A stretch of DNA of 55,697 nucleotides from Candidatus Micrarchaeota archaeon (GTDB taxonomy: Archaea > Micrarchaeota > Micrarchaeia > Anstonellales > JAGGVH01): assembly GCA_021158105.1 (NCBI GenBank), contig JAGGVH010000039.1, forward strand, positions 1 through 55,697. Direction: 5' to 3'. Positions 36,706 to 45,931 of the stretch are shown here, piece by piece. The notes beneath the pieces were generated by a model that did no database searches, was not told the DNA's origin, and was given only the letters and a program-made list of their open reading frames with translations. Numbering within the stretch: the stretch's first letter is position 1; each line of letters starts with the position of its first letter. Position numbers and translations under genes: made by a program.

Positions 36706-38175
36706 ATGCCTTATTATGGAAGACAGAACAAAACTGTTCCAAAACCTGTAGGTGAAAAAGGACCTGGCAAAATGCCCATGTATGACATGCCTTACGGTGC
36801 AACAAATACTATTGAAATGTTAAAATTGGCAAAAGGCACACTAATTTTCTGGAACATTACCTCGCCAAATTCATTAGAAAGCGTAAGAAAGATTGCAGAA
36901 AGACATAACCTTCCATTTGAAATATTTACTGAAGGAACTGATATAGTTGGTTTTAGGATGGAAATTAACGGTACTGAATATAACATCTCATTTACTGAAC
37001 CAAATCCTTCAGAAATTTTAGATAACTTTAGTTTATCATTAATAAATTTAGTATTTGAGAATAAAGATGTTGAAGATATGAGAACTTTATTTTACCTTCC
37101 AACAGGTGAACTTAACTCATTAGGAATAGAAATTGTTCAACATTTAGCTTCGCATTACAGTACAGACCAACCCACTGCTCAGGGAATGATAGATAACATG
37201 CTATCACAGTTAGAAGCTGGACAATGGAGAAGGGAAACATTTGACCCGGTGTTTAGGCCATTCTTTGCATCATCAGATTACCTAACAACTGAGAATTATA
37301 ATGTTAACATCCAATCAAAACCTTATCAGATTCACCAATTTCATATATCAGGAATGTTATACAAAAAAATGACAACTGGCAGGGACTTTGGTGTGCAGGC
37401 AATCGAAACAGGGTTATACATTGACAAGAAGAATGGTGTTGCATACTTGGTTGACAAAGAGGACGAACTACCTGACGAAATCAAGAAGGCATTAGATGAC
37501 AATCCGCAAGATATTGATGTTTACCATTACAAACCATACTTTGACCTGTTATGGTGGCAATGTGTATATTCAGGAAGGTTAAGGATTTATGGTGACATTG
37601 TAAACGCAAGTTCTAAACCATCAGGTGAAATCCAGGAGCAAACCTCTCCATATATGGTAGTAAACAAAGTAAGAACTATGTTCAAAACACCGCCAAAGAC
37701 ATGGTACTTTGGAATCCAACACGTGTTCACATACGGCCCGTCACCTTGGCAGCCGGGCAAGAGTTATCAGTTGGACATGGGCGGCGAACTGGGATATGCA
37801 AAATATTCAGAAGACAAAAAATGGATAGTGATCGGGGTCCACGGCGGAGGGTCATTATACCTTAATGCATTGACACTCAGTGGCAGTGTGACTAGACATT
37901 TTACAATAGGCAATACAAAAGGTATGATGGACAGTAATGTGACATCTTTAGGGTTCTCTTTAGGCACGAAAATAAACAACAAATCATTAAATAGGGTTAT
38001 AGGCGACACCAGCATTAAAATATACGAGACTCATAATGAACTTATAACCAGTATCGGTGCACAGCTCTGGAGCAATTACTTGGTAAAAGGCGGGGTTACT
38101 TATGAACACTGGAAACATGGTGAAAAACCTGCACAGGGTTTAGGACTTAAGATGAGTTTAACTGTTTCATTCTAA
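36706..38175 (+). CDS. Hypothetical protein with predicted C-terminal beta-barrel-like domain ending in Phe
   Basis: AGGTGA RBS; alternating polar/non-polar strands, final strand QGLGLKMSLTVSF*; paralog of the 1620-aa protein's C-terminus. Confidence 0.8.
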   Translation: MPYYGRQNKTVPKPVGEKGPGKMPMYDMPYGATNTIEMLKLAKGTLIFWNITSPNSLESVRKIAERHNLPFEIFTEGTDIVGFRMEINGTEYNISFTEPNPSEILDNFSLSLINLVFENKDVEDMRTLFYLPTGELNSLGIEIVQHLASHYSTDQPTAQGMIDNMLSQLEAGQWRRETFDPVFRPFFASSDYLTTENYNVNIQSKPYQIHQFHISGMLYKKMTTGRDFGVQAIETGLYIDKKNGVAYLVDKEDELPDEIKKALDDNPQDIDVYHYKPYFDLLWWQCVYSGRLRIYGDIVNASSKPSGEIQEQTSPYMVVNKVRTMFKTPPKTWYFGIQHVFTYGPSPWQPGKSYQLDMGGELGYAKYSEDKKWIVIGVHGGGSLYLNALTLSGSVTRHFTIGNTKGMMDSNVTSLGFSLGTKINNKSLNRVIGDTSIKIYETHNELITSIGAQLWSNYLVKGGVTYEHWKHGEKPAQGLGLKMSLTVSF

Positions 38176-38206
38176 CCTTTATCATCTATTTAGAACATAT
38201 ATATTC

Positions 38207-38257
38207 GCATTTTAAAATGTAAAAATGATGTAAAAATTGCATTTTAAAATACAATAT
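38207..38257 (+). repeat. 51-bp direct repeat, copy 1
   Basis: GCATTTTAAAATGTAAAAATGATGTAAAAATTGCATTTTAAAATACAATAT; touches the ATPase stop codon. Confidence 0.95.
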
Positions 38258-39534
38258 TATGGCAAAAGATAAAGGTATAATGGAATTTTAGGAACGCCAA
38301 CATATTCAACTTTATTAGTATCAGAAATTATCATTTTGTTTTTACCTGTAAGTTGTTTCATATCTTTTGACCTGCCCCCAACTTCAACTGAAATCTTTTT
38401 TCTTTTGTTTGATATTATAAAATCACTCTCTCTTCCTCTATTTGGCACATACCATATATCAAATCCTGAATAAACTGTGTTGGACACTACAGCTTCTTCT
38501 CTTATCATACCTATGTTCGGTTCTTCACCAAGGTGGTCAAGAATTGATAATCTCAAAGAAGGAGAAGAAAAATAATACTTTGGCATCTTTCTAAGTCCGC
38601 TGCGGCCGCCTGATTTTACTTCAATGAGAAGAGACGATTTCACCATCCCATCTATAATCGCACTCACAGCAGTTCTTGATACTCCAATATCCCTTGAAAT
38701 ACTGTTAACACTTGTCTTTGCATCCTTTGCCATTGCAATTGAATAAAGAATATCTTTTGCTTTATTCAATGTTTCAGAATCAAAAGAGGATATATATCTT
38801 AAATCATCAGTAATTATACGGTCAACAACATCAAACAGTATACTGTACCTTAAATGCTCTGCCCGATTAAACACAACTGGAAGACCGTGATATTTTAAAT
38901 AGTTCCATAATTCACTATGAGCCGAGTCCGGAGCTCTAAATTCTTCTCTAATGATATTTTCATACATGTTTGGACTGAATAATGCTTTTTTGACATCAGT
39001 TTTAACATCATACCCTTTTATCATTAAATATTCACCATATTGTACAGGACAAAGATGCATATAAACTGCTCTTCTTTTCAGTATTCCTTTTTCTCTCAAT
39101 CGCAATGCCGACGAGCCGCTTATTATCAAAAAAATATCCTTATTTTTATCAAAAACATTCTTAACCTCTTCAGCCCATCTCTTATGGATATGGGCTTCAT
39201 CAAGAACTACGACATATGGTGGTTTAACTATTCTTTTATATGCGTTAACAACATCTGAAAGTGATAAGTCATAGAATTCTTTTACATCAGCAAATATAAA
39301 CAACGGGTGAATGTCTACTTTTGAAAGAAACTGGCAGATTGCAGTTGTTTTACCAACGCCTCTTAATCCCCATACAACAATTAATCTATCTTCATTATTA
39401 CCTGATATAAATGATTTGTAAACTTTATCTATTTTATTAACTATCTTCCTTTCATACTGTACCCCTTCAGTATATATTTTTATGATTTTGGGAGTTTCAA
39501 TTAAACATTCTTGAACCCATTCCAGCAATTCCAT
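38257..39534 (-). CDS. AAA_14 ATPase with wHTH and DUF4143 (PD-(D/E)xK-like) domain, COG1373 type
   Basis: Walker A GLRGVGKT, Walker B VVLDEAH, SGSS, KMPKYYF.SP.LR, ESDFII...VEVG motifs. Confidence 0.88.
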   Translation of the reverse strand: MELLEWVQECLIETPKIIKIYTEGVQYERKIVNKIDKVYKSFISGNNEDRLIVVWGLRGVGKTTAICQFLSKVDIHPLFIFADVKEFYDLSLSDVVNAYKRIVKPPYVVVLDEAHIHKRWAEEVKNVFDKNKDIFLIISGSSALRLREKGILKRRAVYMHLCPVQYGEYLMIKGYDVKTDVKKALFSPNMYENIIREEFRAPDSAHSELWNYLKYHGLPVVFNRAEHLRYSILFDVVDRIITDDLRYISSFDSETLNKAKDILYSIAMAKDAKTSVNSISRDIGVSRTAVSAIIDGMVKSSLLIEVKSGGRSGLRKMPKYYFSSPSLRLSILDHLGEEPNIGMIREEAVVSNTVYSGFDIWYVPNRGRESDFIISNKRKKISVEVGGRSKDMKQLTGKNKMIISDTNKVEYVGVPKIPLYLYLLP

Positions 39535-39568
39535 AATAATATATGTATAGTAAACTTTTTATATGTTT

Positions 39569-39619
39569 GCATTTCAAAATGTAAAAATGATGTAAAAATT
39601 GCATTTTAAAATACAATAT
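39569..39619 (+). repeat. 51-bp direct repeat, copy 2
   Basis: GCATTTCAAAATGTAAAAATGATGTAAAAATTGCATTTTAAAATACAATAT; one mismatch to copy 1; just upstream of the ATPase TATA box. Confidence 0.95.
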
Positions 39620-39687
39620 ACATAACACACACTAAACAAGTTCTTTTCTTACAGAGGGTTCTTTGCTTCACCTTGATAAAGAAACCT

Positions 39688-40923
39688 CTATTCGTATCTC
39701 AATGCATCAACAGGATTAAACTTTGACGCTTTCCACGCAGGTGATATCCCTGCCACAACACCAATAAGAAGCGAAAATATGAACGCACCTACTGCCAGCC
39801 ATGGTGTCATTATAGCTTCAACACCCAGATTAAACATCACTGAAACATAATTAAACCCATAAATTAAAAGAAAGCTTAAAACTAAACCTATCAACCCGCC
39901 CAGTCCGCACAACATTGCACTTTCAGTTAAAAATAACATAAGAATCTGGTGATTTTTTGCACCTAACGCTTTCATTATACCAATCTCTTTAGTCCGTTCA
40001 AGAACTGCAGTGAACATCGTATTTGAAACGCCAACTGCACTGACTAATAATGAAATGCCTGCAATTGTCCCTAAGAAAATAGTGATTACTCCTAAAATTG
40101 TATTAATCTGTTCCATGATATATTCAGAAGTCATCACAGTAAAGTCATCCTCTTTAACTTTATGTGCAGAACGCAGTTCAAACTCAATCCTGTCTGCAAC
40201 ATCTTCCGGATCAAACCCGTCAGCCACCCTAACATAAACTGCACTGATCTCGTTTTTGCCCATCAACCCTAAATCATCAACAATGTCACGTGCTGTACTG
40301 TAAGGTATTGCAATCATCTGGTCATCACCACTGCTACCTGACATTCCGCCAATCTTTTTCATTATGCCGACAACCCGATATTTTTTATCATTTATATAGA
40401 TATAAGAATTGACATTTATTGGCTTATCAAAAACATTATATGCAAAATCATGACCTATGAGTACTACATTCTTTTCATTGTCCTTAAAAATTCTACCCTT
40501 TGCAGGAGAATATTGTGGCATGATTCCTGAAGTAAACAGGTTTGATTCCATGCCAGCAGGGGCCATATAAATCTCTTCACCTTTATACCTTATTTTACAC
40601 TTTGGAACGATTAGCATCCTTGATGTGAACACAATTCCGGGAATTCTCTGTATCCTGTCAACATCTGATTCATAAAGTTTACCTTGTTGCGGCCTATACT
40701 GCGCACCCATACCTATCATACTCTTTAAACTTCCAGGCAGGATTATAATATTCTGTGGTCCAAACTCTTCCAATTGCTTAGTAACAGTATGTTTTAACCC
40801 GTCGCCTAAACTTATCATTACAACTATTGCAATCACGCCGACGATGATGCCCAACAACGTCAGCCATGATCTTAAACTCCTATGCTTAATATTGATAGGT
40901 ATGAGCATCAGGTAATCCATCAT
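39688..40923 (-). CDS. ABC transporter permease (MacB/FtsX family)
   Basis: RSWLTLLGIIVGV, GVSNTMFTAVLERTKEIGIMKALGA, PAWKASKFNPVDALRYE motifs. Confidence 0.95.
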   Translation of the reverse strand: MMDYLMLIPINIKHRSLRSWLTLLGIIVGVIAIVVMISLGDGLKHTVTKQLEEFGPQNIIILPGSLKSMIGMGAQYRPQQGKLYESDVDRIQRIPGIVFTSRMLIVPKCKIRYKGEEIYMAPAGMESNLFTSGIMPQYSPAKGRIFKDNEKNVVLIGHDFAYNVFDKPINVNSYIYINDKKYRVVGIMKKIGGMSGSSGDDQMIAIPYSTARDIVDDLGLMGKNEISAVYVRVADGFDPEDVADRIEFELRSAHKVKEDDFTVMTSEYIMEQINTILGVITIFLGTIAGISLLVSAVGVSNTMFTAVLERTKEIGIMKALGAKNHQILMLFLTESAMLCGLGGLIGLVLSFLLIYGFNYVSVMFNLGVEAIMTPWLAVGAFIFSLLIGVVAGISPAWKASKFNPVDALRYE

Positions 40924-42461
40924 TGCTTGCTCACCTTTTTATTCTTGAAAAACACAAAATATGCAACCATGCCTACCAAACCTATCACTATAAAAACAAC
41001 ACAGATAAATGATTGGTTGCCCACAATCGCATCAGTAAAAGATGATTCGGATTCATAAACATTAATGTTCTTTGTCACTTCAACCTGGTGAGGCGTGTTC
41101 GCCATGTCAAGATAACTTATTGTAAATTTGAGAGGATACTGACCTGACGCAACTCTACCAACTTTAATCTTATACTGTACAGTACTGAAATCGTCTGCGT
41201 CAAGAGAACCTATAAACTGTTCACTTTCAGGATCTAAAACATTAAACACATCATTTGAATGAACCATAACCTTCAAAGCCTTAACATCACTCACGCCAAC
41301 ATTAGTAGCCTGAACAGAGAATGTGTGCACCTTGCCTGACTCGACAGGCAATGGACTGGTAGTAACATATACATTAATCGCAGGTGGTGATGAAATATAA
41401 ACACCAACATTACTCGTTTCAGGAGTCATCTCCTTATTATTTTCATCATTGTAAGATATTGTTATTGGGATTGTGTAATATCCTAAGTCAACGTCCTTGG
41501 TCGCAACAGAAATTCTAACTGTCTTAATCTCACCGGGCTGTAATGCTCCAATGCTCACTGCTGACTCAGACAACGGTATCAGCACTGTATTATCACTAAA
41601 GGATAATGTTACATCCTTTGCAAGATGTTCACCATTATTTTTTATACTAAAATAAAGTTCATTTTTTGTATTGGGCAAGAGTTTAGAATCATTCATCAGG
41701 ATTAAGAAGTTTGGACGACGTTCCTTGATAAGAACAGGAAGATTAAACAATGTAGTTTCACTTTCCCCTAATGAATTAGTATAGGTTAAATACAACGGAA
41801 ACTCTGTCCTTCCCGAAGCCGCATCGTCACTTACTGAAAGAACAACATTAACAGTTTTAGTTCCTGACAAGTCGCCAATATAATAATTTGATTGGCCACT
41901 AAGTTTAACATAAGTACCATTAACTATCAAATAAGCATCATTAACCTTCTCGCCATTGTTGACAAACGTCATATTAACAGAAATCTCACTACCAGTCTCA
42001 AACACTGTGGGCTCAACCTGTGCAGAGATAGTTACAGGCTTCTTAACAGTTATTGGTATGTTGACCCATCTACTGATGTACCTCTCTTCATCCTTTTCAT
42101 TGCTGGATAACAATTCTTCCCCTGAAAGATGAAGATATAACGTATAAACTCCACTTGACAGGTTATTATCAATCTGGAACGGTATGTTTACAATTGTGGA
42201 CGCACCAGATTTCAACCTTCCGACTGACACCGACTGGTCGGTCTTTATGCGTGATGACCCTTGTGAATATAATGACAATGAAACAGTATCACTGCCAACA
42301 TTGGTCAAAGTCACCTCAGCCATTCCGTTACTGCCCGGCGGAAGTTCTGATGACGGCAAAATCTGATAACTGACTGTAACATCTGCCCATGCCACCCCCA
42401 ACAAAAATATTATTCCAAACGTCCAGATTAACAATTTATTATTTTCCATCATACTTATCAC
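40920..42461 (-). CDS. COG1361-type S-layer-domain / Ig-like surface protein
   Basis: Signal peptide, repeated Ig-like units (N.G...A.DV, IG.L.PGE, Y...I.Y), C-terminal TM; usual partner of archaeal MacB-type ABC systems. Confidence 0.85.
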   Translation of the reverse strand: MISMMENNKLLIWTFGIIFLLGVAWADVTVSYQILPSSELPPGSNGMAEVTLTNVGSDTVSLSLYSQGSSRIKTDQSVSVGRLKSGASTIVNIPFQIDNNLSSGVYTLYLHLSGEELLSSNEKDEERYISRWVNIPITVKKPVTISAQVEPTVFETGSEISVNMTFVNNGEKVNDAYLIVNGTYVKLSGQSNYYIGDLSGTKTVNVVLSVSDDAASGRTEFPLYLTYTNSLGESETTLFNLPVLIKERRPNFLILMNDSKLLPNTKNELYFSIKNNGEHLAKDVTLSFSDNTVLIPLSESAVSIGALQPGEIKTVRISVATKDVDLGYYTIPITISYNDENNKEMTPETSNVGVYISSPPAINVYVTTSPLPVESGKVHTFSVQATNVGVSDVKALKVMVHSNDVFNVLDPESEQFIGSLDADDFSTVQYKIKVGRVASGQYPLKFTISYLDMANTPHQVEVTKNINVYESESSFTDAIVGNQSFICVVFIVIGLVGMVAYFVFFKNKKVSKQ

Positions 42462-42462
42462 C

Positions 42463-43185
42463 TCACTTTTTCATTTCAATTTTTTCAATCATACCATCCC
42501 TGATATGTATAACCTTATTAACATATTTCCTTTTTGAAACATTAACATCATGTGTTATAATCACGACAGTTTTCCCATTATCATGAATCTCTTTTAGGAT
42601 ATCATAAACCTCTTCGCCACTCTTTGAATCCAAATTGCCTGTCGGTTCATCCGCAAGGATAAGATTTGGATCATTGACAAGTGCACGTGCAACAGAAACA
42701 CGTTGTTGCTGTCCTCCTGAAAGTTCACTTGGCAGATTATACAACTTATCAGAAAGGCCCAACCTGTTCAGAAGCTGCCTTGCCTTTCTAAGCCTGACAT
42801 CATAAGGCACATCATAAAACATCATTGGAAGCATAACGTTCTGGAGTGCATTGAGCGACTGGACAAGATTAAAGGATTGAAAAACAAAACCGATGTCTTT
42901 AAACCTTATATTAGCCAACTGGTCATATGTATATAAGGAAGTATTCTTCCCACGAAAATAAACTTTTCCCTCTGTTGGAGTATCGAGCAGTCCTAAGATA
43001 TGAAGTAAAGTAGATTTGCCACTGCCACTCGGACCCAGAATCACCACAAAATCGTTCTTATTGATGCTGAAATTTATTTTTTTCAATGCATAAAAATCAA
43101 TCTCGCCCATGACATATTTTTTATATACATTTTCCAATCTTATTATCTCTTCAGTTTTAGTTCTTCCAGTCTTTTTTGGTTTCAT
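42463..43185 (-). CDS. ABC transporter ATP-binding protein (LolD/MacB-like)
   Basis: [41 protein letters not shown] motifs. Confidence 0.96.
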   Translation of the reverse strand: MKPKKTGRTKTEEIIRLENVYKKYVMGEIDFYALKKINFSINKNDFVVILGPSGSGKSTLLHILGLLDTPTEGKVYFRGKNTSLYTYDQLANIRFKDIGFVFQSFNLVQSLNALQNVMLPMMFYDVPYDVRLRKARQLLNRLGLSDKLYNLPSELSGGQQQRVSVARALVNDPNLILADEPTGNLDSKSGEEVYDILKEIHDNGKTVVIITHDVNVSKRKYVNKVIHIRDGMIEKIEMKK

Positions 43186-43196
43186 ATTATTATCAC

Positions 43197-43535
43197 CTAT
43201 CTAACTAGATATCTTAAGAAAGACCTAACAGATGATGGGATACGTTTCTTAAAATCTTTAAGGTATTTTCTTCCTTTTGGAGTTAACGTATATTCTTTTC
43301 TTTTTCTCTTACCAACATATTTTACTTTTGACTTTATTAAATTCCTCCTTTCCAATGATTTCAAAAAAGGATATATCCGCGACGGTTGCATTTTATGGTT
43401 TGCAGGAACAATACTTTCAAATAATTTATATCCATGCATTTTATTATTTCTAAGTTCCCATAATATCCTAACCTCTGCCAGACCACGAAATATTTTTCCC
43501 ATTTGTTTTTGAGTAGTTGTTTTTCCTTTCTTCAT
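43197..43535 (-). CDS. PadR-family transcriptional regulator
   Basis: ILWEL...MHGYKL, IYPFL..LE...LI, RKRKEYTLTPKG motifs; heads the ABC operon. Confidence 0.88.
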   Translation of the reverse strand: MKKGKTTTQKQMGKIFRGLAEVRILWELRNNKMHGYKLFESIVPANHKMQPSRIYPFLKSLERRNLIKSKVKYVGKRKRKEYTLTPKGRKYLKDFKKRIPSSVRSFLRYLVR

Positions 43536-43707
43536 AAGGATATTTACACACGCAAAGTTTATATATCTATCTTTTAATATATCATAATTGTGATATATCA
43601 AATTTATAACACAACATCAAAAAATAATCAAAAATCTAAATTTTTATCTCAAAAAACTCTGCGAAACCTTTATTAATGTATTCTTTGTTATTTTGACTGG
43701 TGATTAA

Positions 43708-43905
43708 ATGGTTTCAAGAAAAAAGAAAACTACCAAGAAGAAAGTAACCAAAAAGAAAACTACTAAGAAAAAGAAAACTACCAGGAAGAAAGTAACCAAA
43801 AAGAAAACTACTAAGAAAAAGAAAACTACCAAGAAGAAAGTAACTAAAAAGAAGACTACTAAGAAAAAGGTTACTAAAAAAAAGACTACCAAAAGGAAAA
43901 GATAA
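43708..43905 (+). CDS. Lys/Thr-rich basic peptide (histone H1-like, low complexity)
   Basis: KKKTT/KKKVT repeats with synonymous codon variation; GGTGA RBS; followed by a long T-rich tract. Confidence 0.7.
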   Translation: MVSRKKKTTKKKVTKKKTTKKKKTTRKKVTKKKTTKKKKTTKKKVTKKKTTKKKVTKKKTTKRKR

Positions 43906-43915
43906 GTTATAAGAC

Positions 43916-43957
43916 TTTATTTTTTAATTTCTTATTTTATTTTTTATTTTTATTTTG
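43916..43957 (+). terminator. Oligo-T archaeal terminator tract
   Basis: TTTATTTTTTAATTTCTTATTTTATTTTTTATTTTTATTTT directly after the basic-peptide stop. Confidence 0.5.
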
Positions 43958-43960
43958 TCT

Positions 43961-44974
43961 CTAAATTTTCTTTATTTTTTCCACATAAATATTACCATCG
44001 TCCTCCTTGACTTCTAAAGTAAACGTATGGCCTATTAGATCTCTTTTCATTAATGCTAACAGCACAGATAACTTCAAATCTTGCGGCAACCTGCTAATCC
44101 TTATAAAACGTAAAAATACATCTTGGGGTATGATTACCTTTCGGTTTCCAAGAAAACCTATAACTTCTCCGTCTTCACAGTTCAATTCAGAAAATTCACC
44201 AACAATCTCATTGTCAGATGGACAATATATCACAACAATCCTTGAATAATTTTTTACATGAATTTCGTTGTTATAATAACTAACATTCTCCAATCTGATT
44301 CTACACCCTGACTTAAAAGAAGGAACATCTTTCTCCCAAACAGTTACTATCATGTTGCCAGTGGAATCTACTATCTTAAACGTCAAGAGCATATGAGTTT
44401 TATTGTTAATTTTATAAGGAACATCTTCTGGATCAGAAGCCACTGTACATTTCAGATAATACTTGTTGTTAGGTTTCATGTCTATAATATTAACAAATTT
44501 CGGTTCTTTCAATACATCCAAACGAGTTTTCTTATTTATGTAAATCTTAGAATACTTGCACAATCCCTTTTTTATCATAACAACTGAACCTAAAATAAGA
44601 TTTTTTATTATACTTTTATCATAACATACAACCATCGTCTTGCCGGTTTCATCTTCAATGTTGAAAGAATATTGTGTATACTCCTTATCATCTTTCTTAA
44701 TAATCACAGGCTTATTTATATGTGTAACAACACCCACAACAGTAGCAAAATATATTCCTGGCAGGATATCTTTTATTTTTATCTTAGTTTCTGACTTGAT
44801 TTTTTCAAAGTATAGAATTTTTATTATGCTATGCTCAGGAATTAGATGGTAGTATTCATTTTTCTTTTTAGATATCATATTGTCAACAATGTTCTTCCCA
44901 AATTTTTTGATTAACATGTTTAATAATATTTTTGTTTCATTATCATAATTCTCCATGACAAAATAATCATACAT
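43961..44974 (-). CDS. OB-fold nucleic-acid-binding protein (RPA-like)
   Basis: Two OB-fold patterns: FNIEDETGKTMVVCYD and FKIVDSTGNMIVTVWE...IRLENV. Confidence 0.8.
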   Translation of the reverse strand: MYDYFVMENYDNETKILLNMLIKKFGKNIVDNMISKKKNEYYHLIPEHSIIKILYFEKIKSETKIKIKDILPGIYFATVVGVVTHINKPVIIKKDDKEYTQYSFNIEDETGKTMVVCYDKSIIKNLILGSVVMIKKGLCKYSKIYINKKTRLDVLKEPKFVNIIDMKPNNKYYLKCTVASDPEDVPYKINNKTHMLLTFKIVDSTGNMIVTVWEKDVPSFKSGCRIRLENVSYYNNEIHVKNYSRIVVIYCPSDNEIVGEFSELNCEDGEVIGFLGNRKVIIPQDVFLRFIRISRLPQDLKLSVLLALMKRDLIGHTFTLEVKEDDGNIYVEKIKKI

Positions 44975-45024
44975 AACATTTATATTAAGTTTTGCACCAA
45001 CAAATTTATGAAAATGGTGGGAAT

Positions 45025-45927
45025 ATGAAAAAGATATTGTGTTTAGGGCATATATTACATGATATGAGATGCTACATAAAAGAGTTTCCTGACAAGGATA
45101 AGACTGCCATCATAAAATATATCTTTTACAGTACTGGAGGCAGTGCAACCAATACTGGGATAGATTTTTCAATGTTGGGAATGGAGAGCAGAGTTATAGG
45201 AACGATAGGTAATGACGACAACGGCAGTTTCATTCTTAACAACCTAAAAAGTTTTAAAGTTGACACTAAATACATAAATATAAAAAAAGGCACTACAGGA
45301 CAAAGTGTCATAATAATCAATCATAAAGGCAATGTAAAAATATTTGAATATTTGGGCACTGCAAACCGTCCCATAACACCTCATGATAAAATGTTTAAAG
45401 GAATATCTCATTTTCATATCAGTGGTTATGAACTAAACACAATCAAAAAATTTATTAACAAATCAAAAGATGTATCCCTCTCTTTTGACCCGGGAAGGTC
45501 AATATCACATCTCGGGCACCGCAAATTGAATGACATCTTAAAACGAACCGATTATCTCTTTGTTAACAAAAGAGAAATAATAGAACTTTACCCCTCTATT
45601 AACATAACAAATTCCATCGTTCAATTAAGCAAAAGGTATAAAATAAACATTGCAGTAAAGAGAGGAAAACAAGGTGCCTTAGCATACGATTACGAAAAGA
45701 AACAGATGTATAACATTAAAGGACATAACGTAAAATCAGTTGATACGATCGGTGCAGGTGATTCGTTCAACGCAGGAGTAATATTCTATTTGTTGAGAGG
45801 CGAATCATTCCAAGATGCAGTCGAATTTGGAAACAAAGTTGCAGCGATTAATGTAACCATAAAAGGAACGCACACGATTCCGGTTTGGAAAAATGTTGAC
45901 AACATCTTAAACAAAATAAGAAAGTGA
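45025..45927 (+). CDS. PfkB-family carbohydrate/nucleoside kinase
   Basis: GGSATN, G.IGNDDNG, SFDPG, FVNKRE, DTIGAGDSFNAG motifs. Confidence 0.93.
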   Translation: MKKILCLGHILHDMRCYIKEFPDKDKTAIIKYIFYSTGGSATNTGIDFSMLGMESRVIGTIGNDDNGSFILNNLKSFKVDTKYINIKKGTTGQSVIIINHKGNVKIFEYLGTANRPITPHDKMFKGISHFHISGYELNTIKKFINKSKDVSLSFDPGRSISHLGHRKLNDILKRTDYLFVNKREIIELYPSINITNSIVQLSKRYKINIAVKRGKQGALAYDYEKKQMYNIKGHNVKSVDTIGAGDSFNAGVIFYLLRGESFQDAVEFGNKVAAINVTIKGTHTIPVWKNVDNILNKIRK

Positions 45928-45931
45928 TCGT

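Noticed and set aside
38207-39619. Repeats as CRISPR array or IS terminal repeats
   Set aside because: Only two copies 1.36 kb apart, direct not inverted, no spacers, cas genes or transposase.
43704-43892. Very hydrophobic V/F/L ORF resembling a membrane peptide
   Set aside because: Exact antisense of the Lys-rich peptide gene, which has the RBS and terminator.
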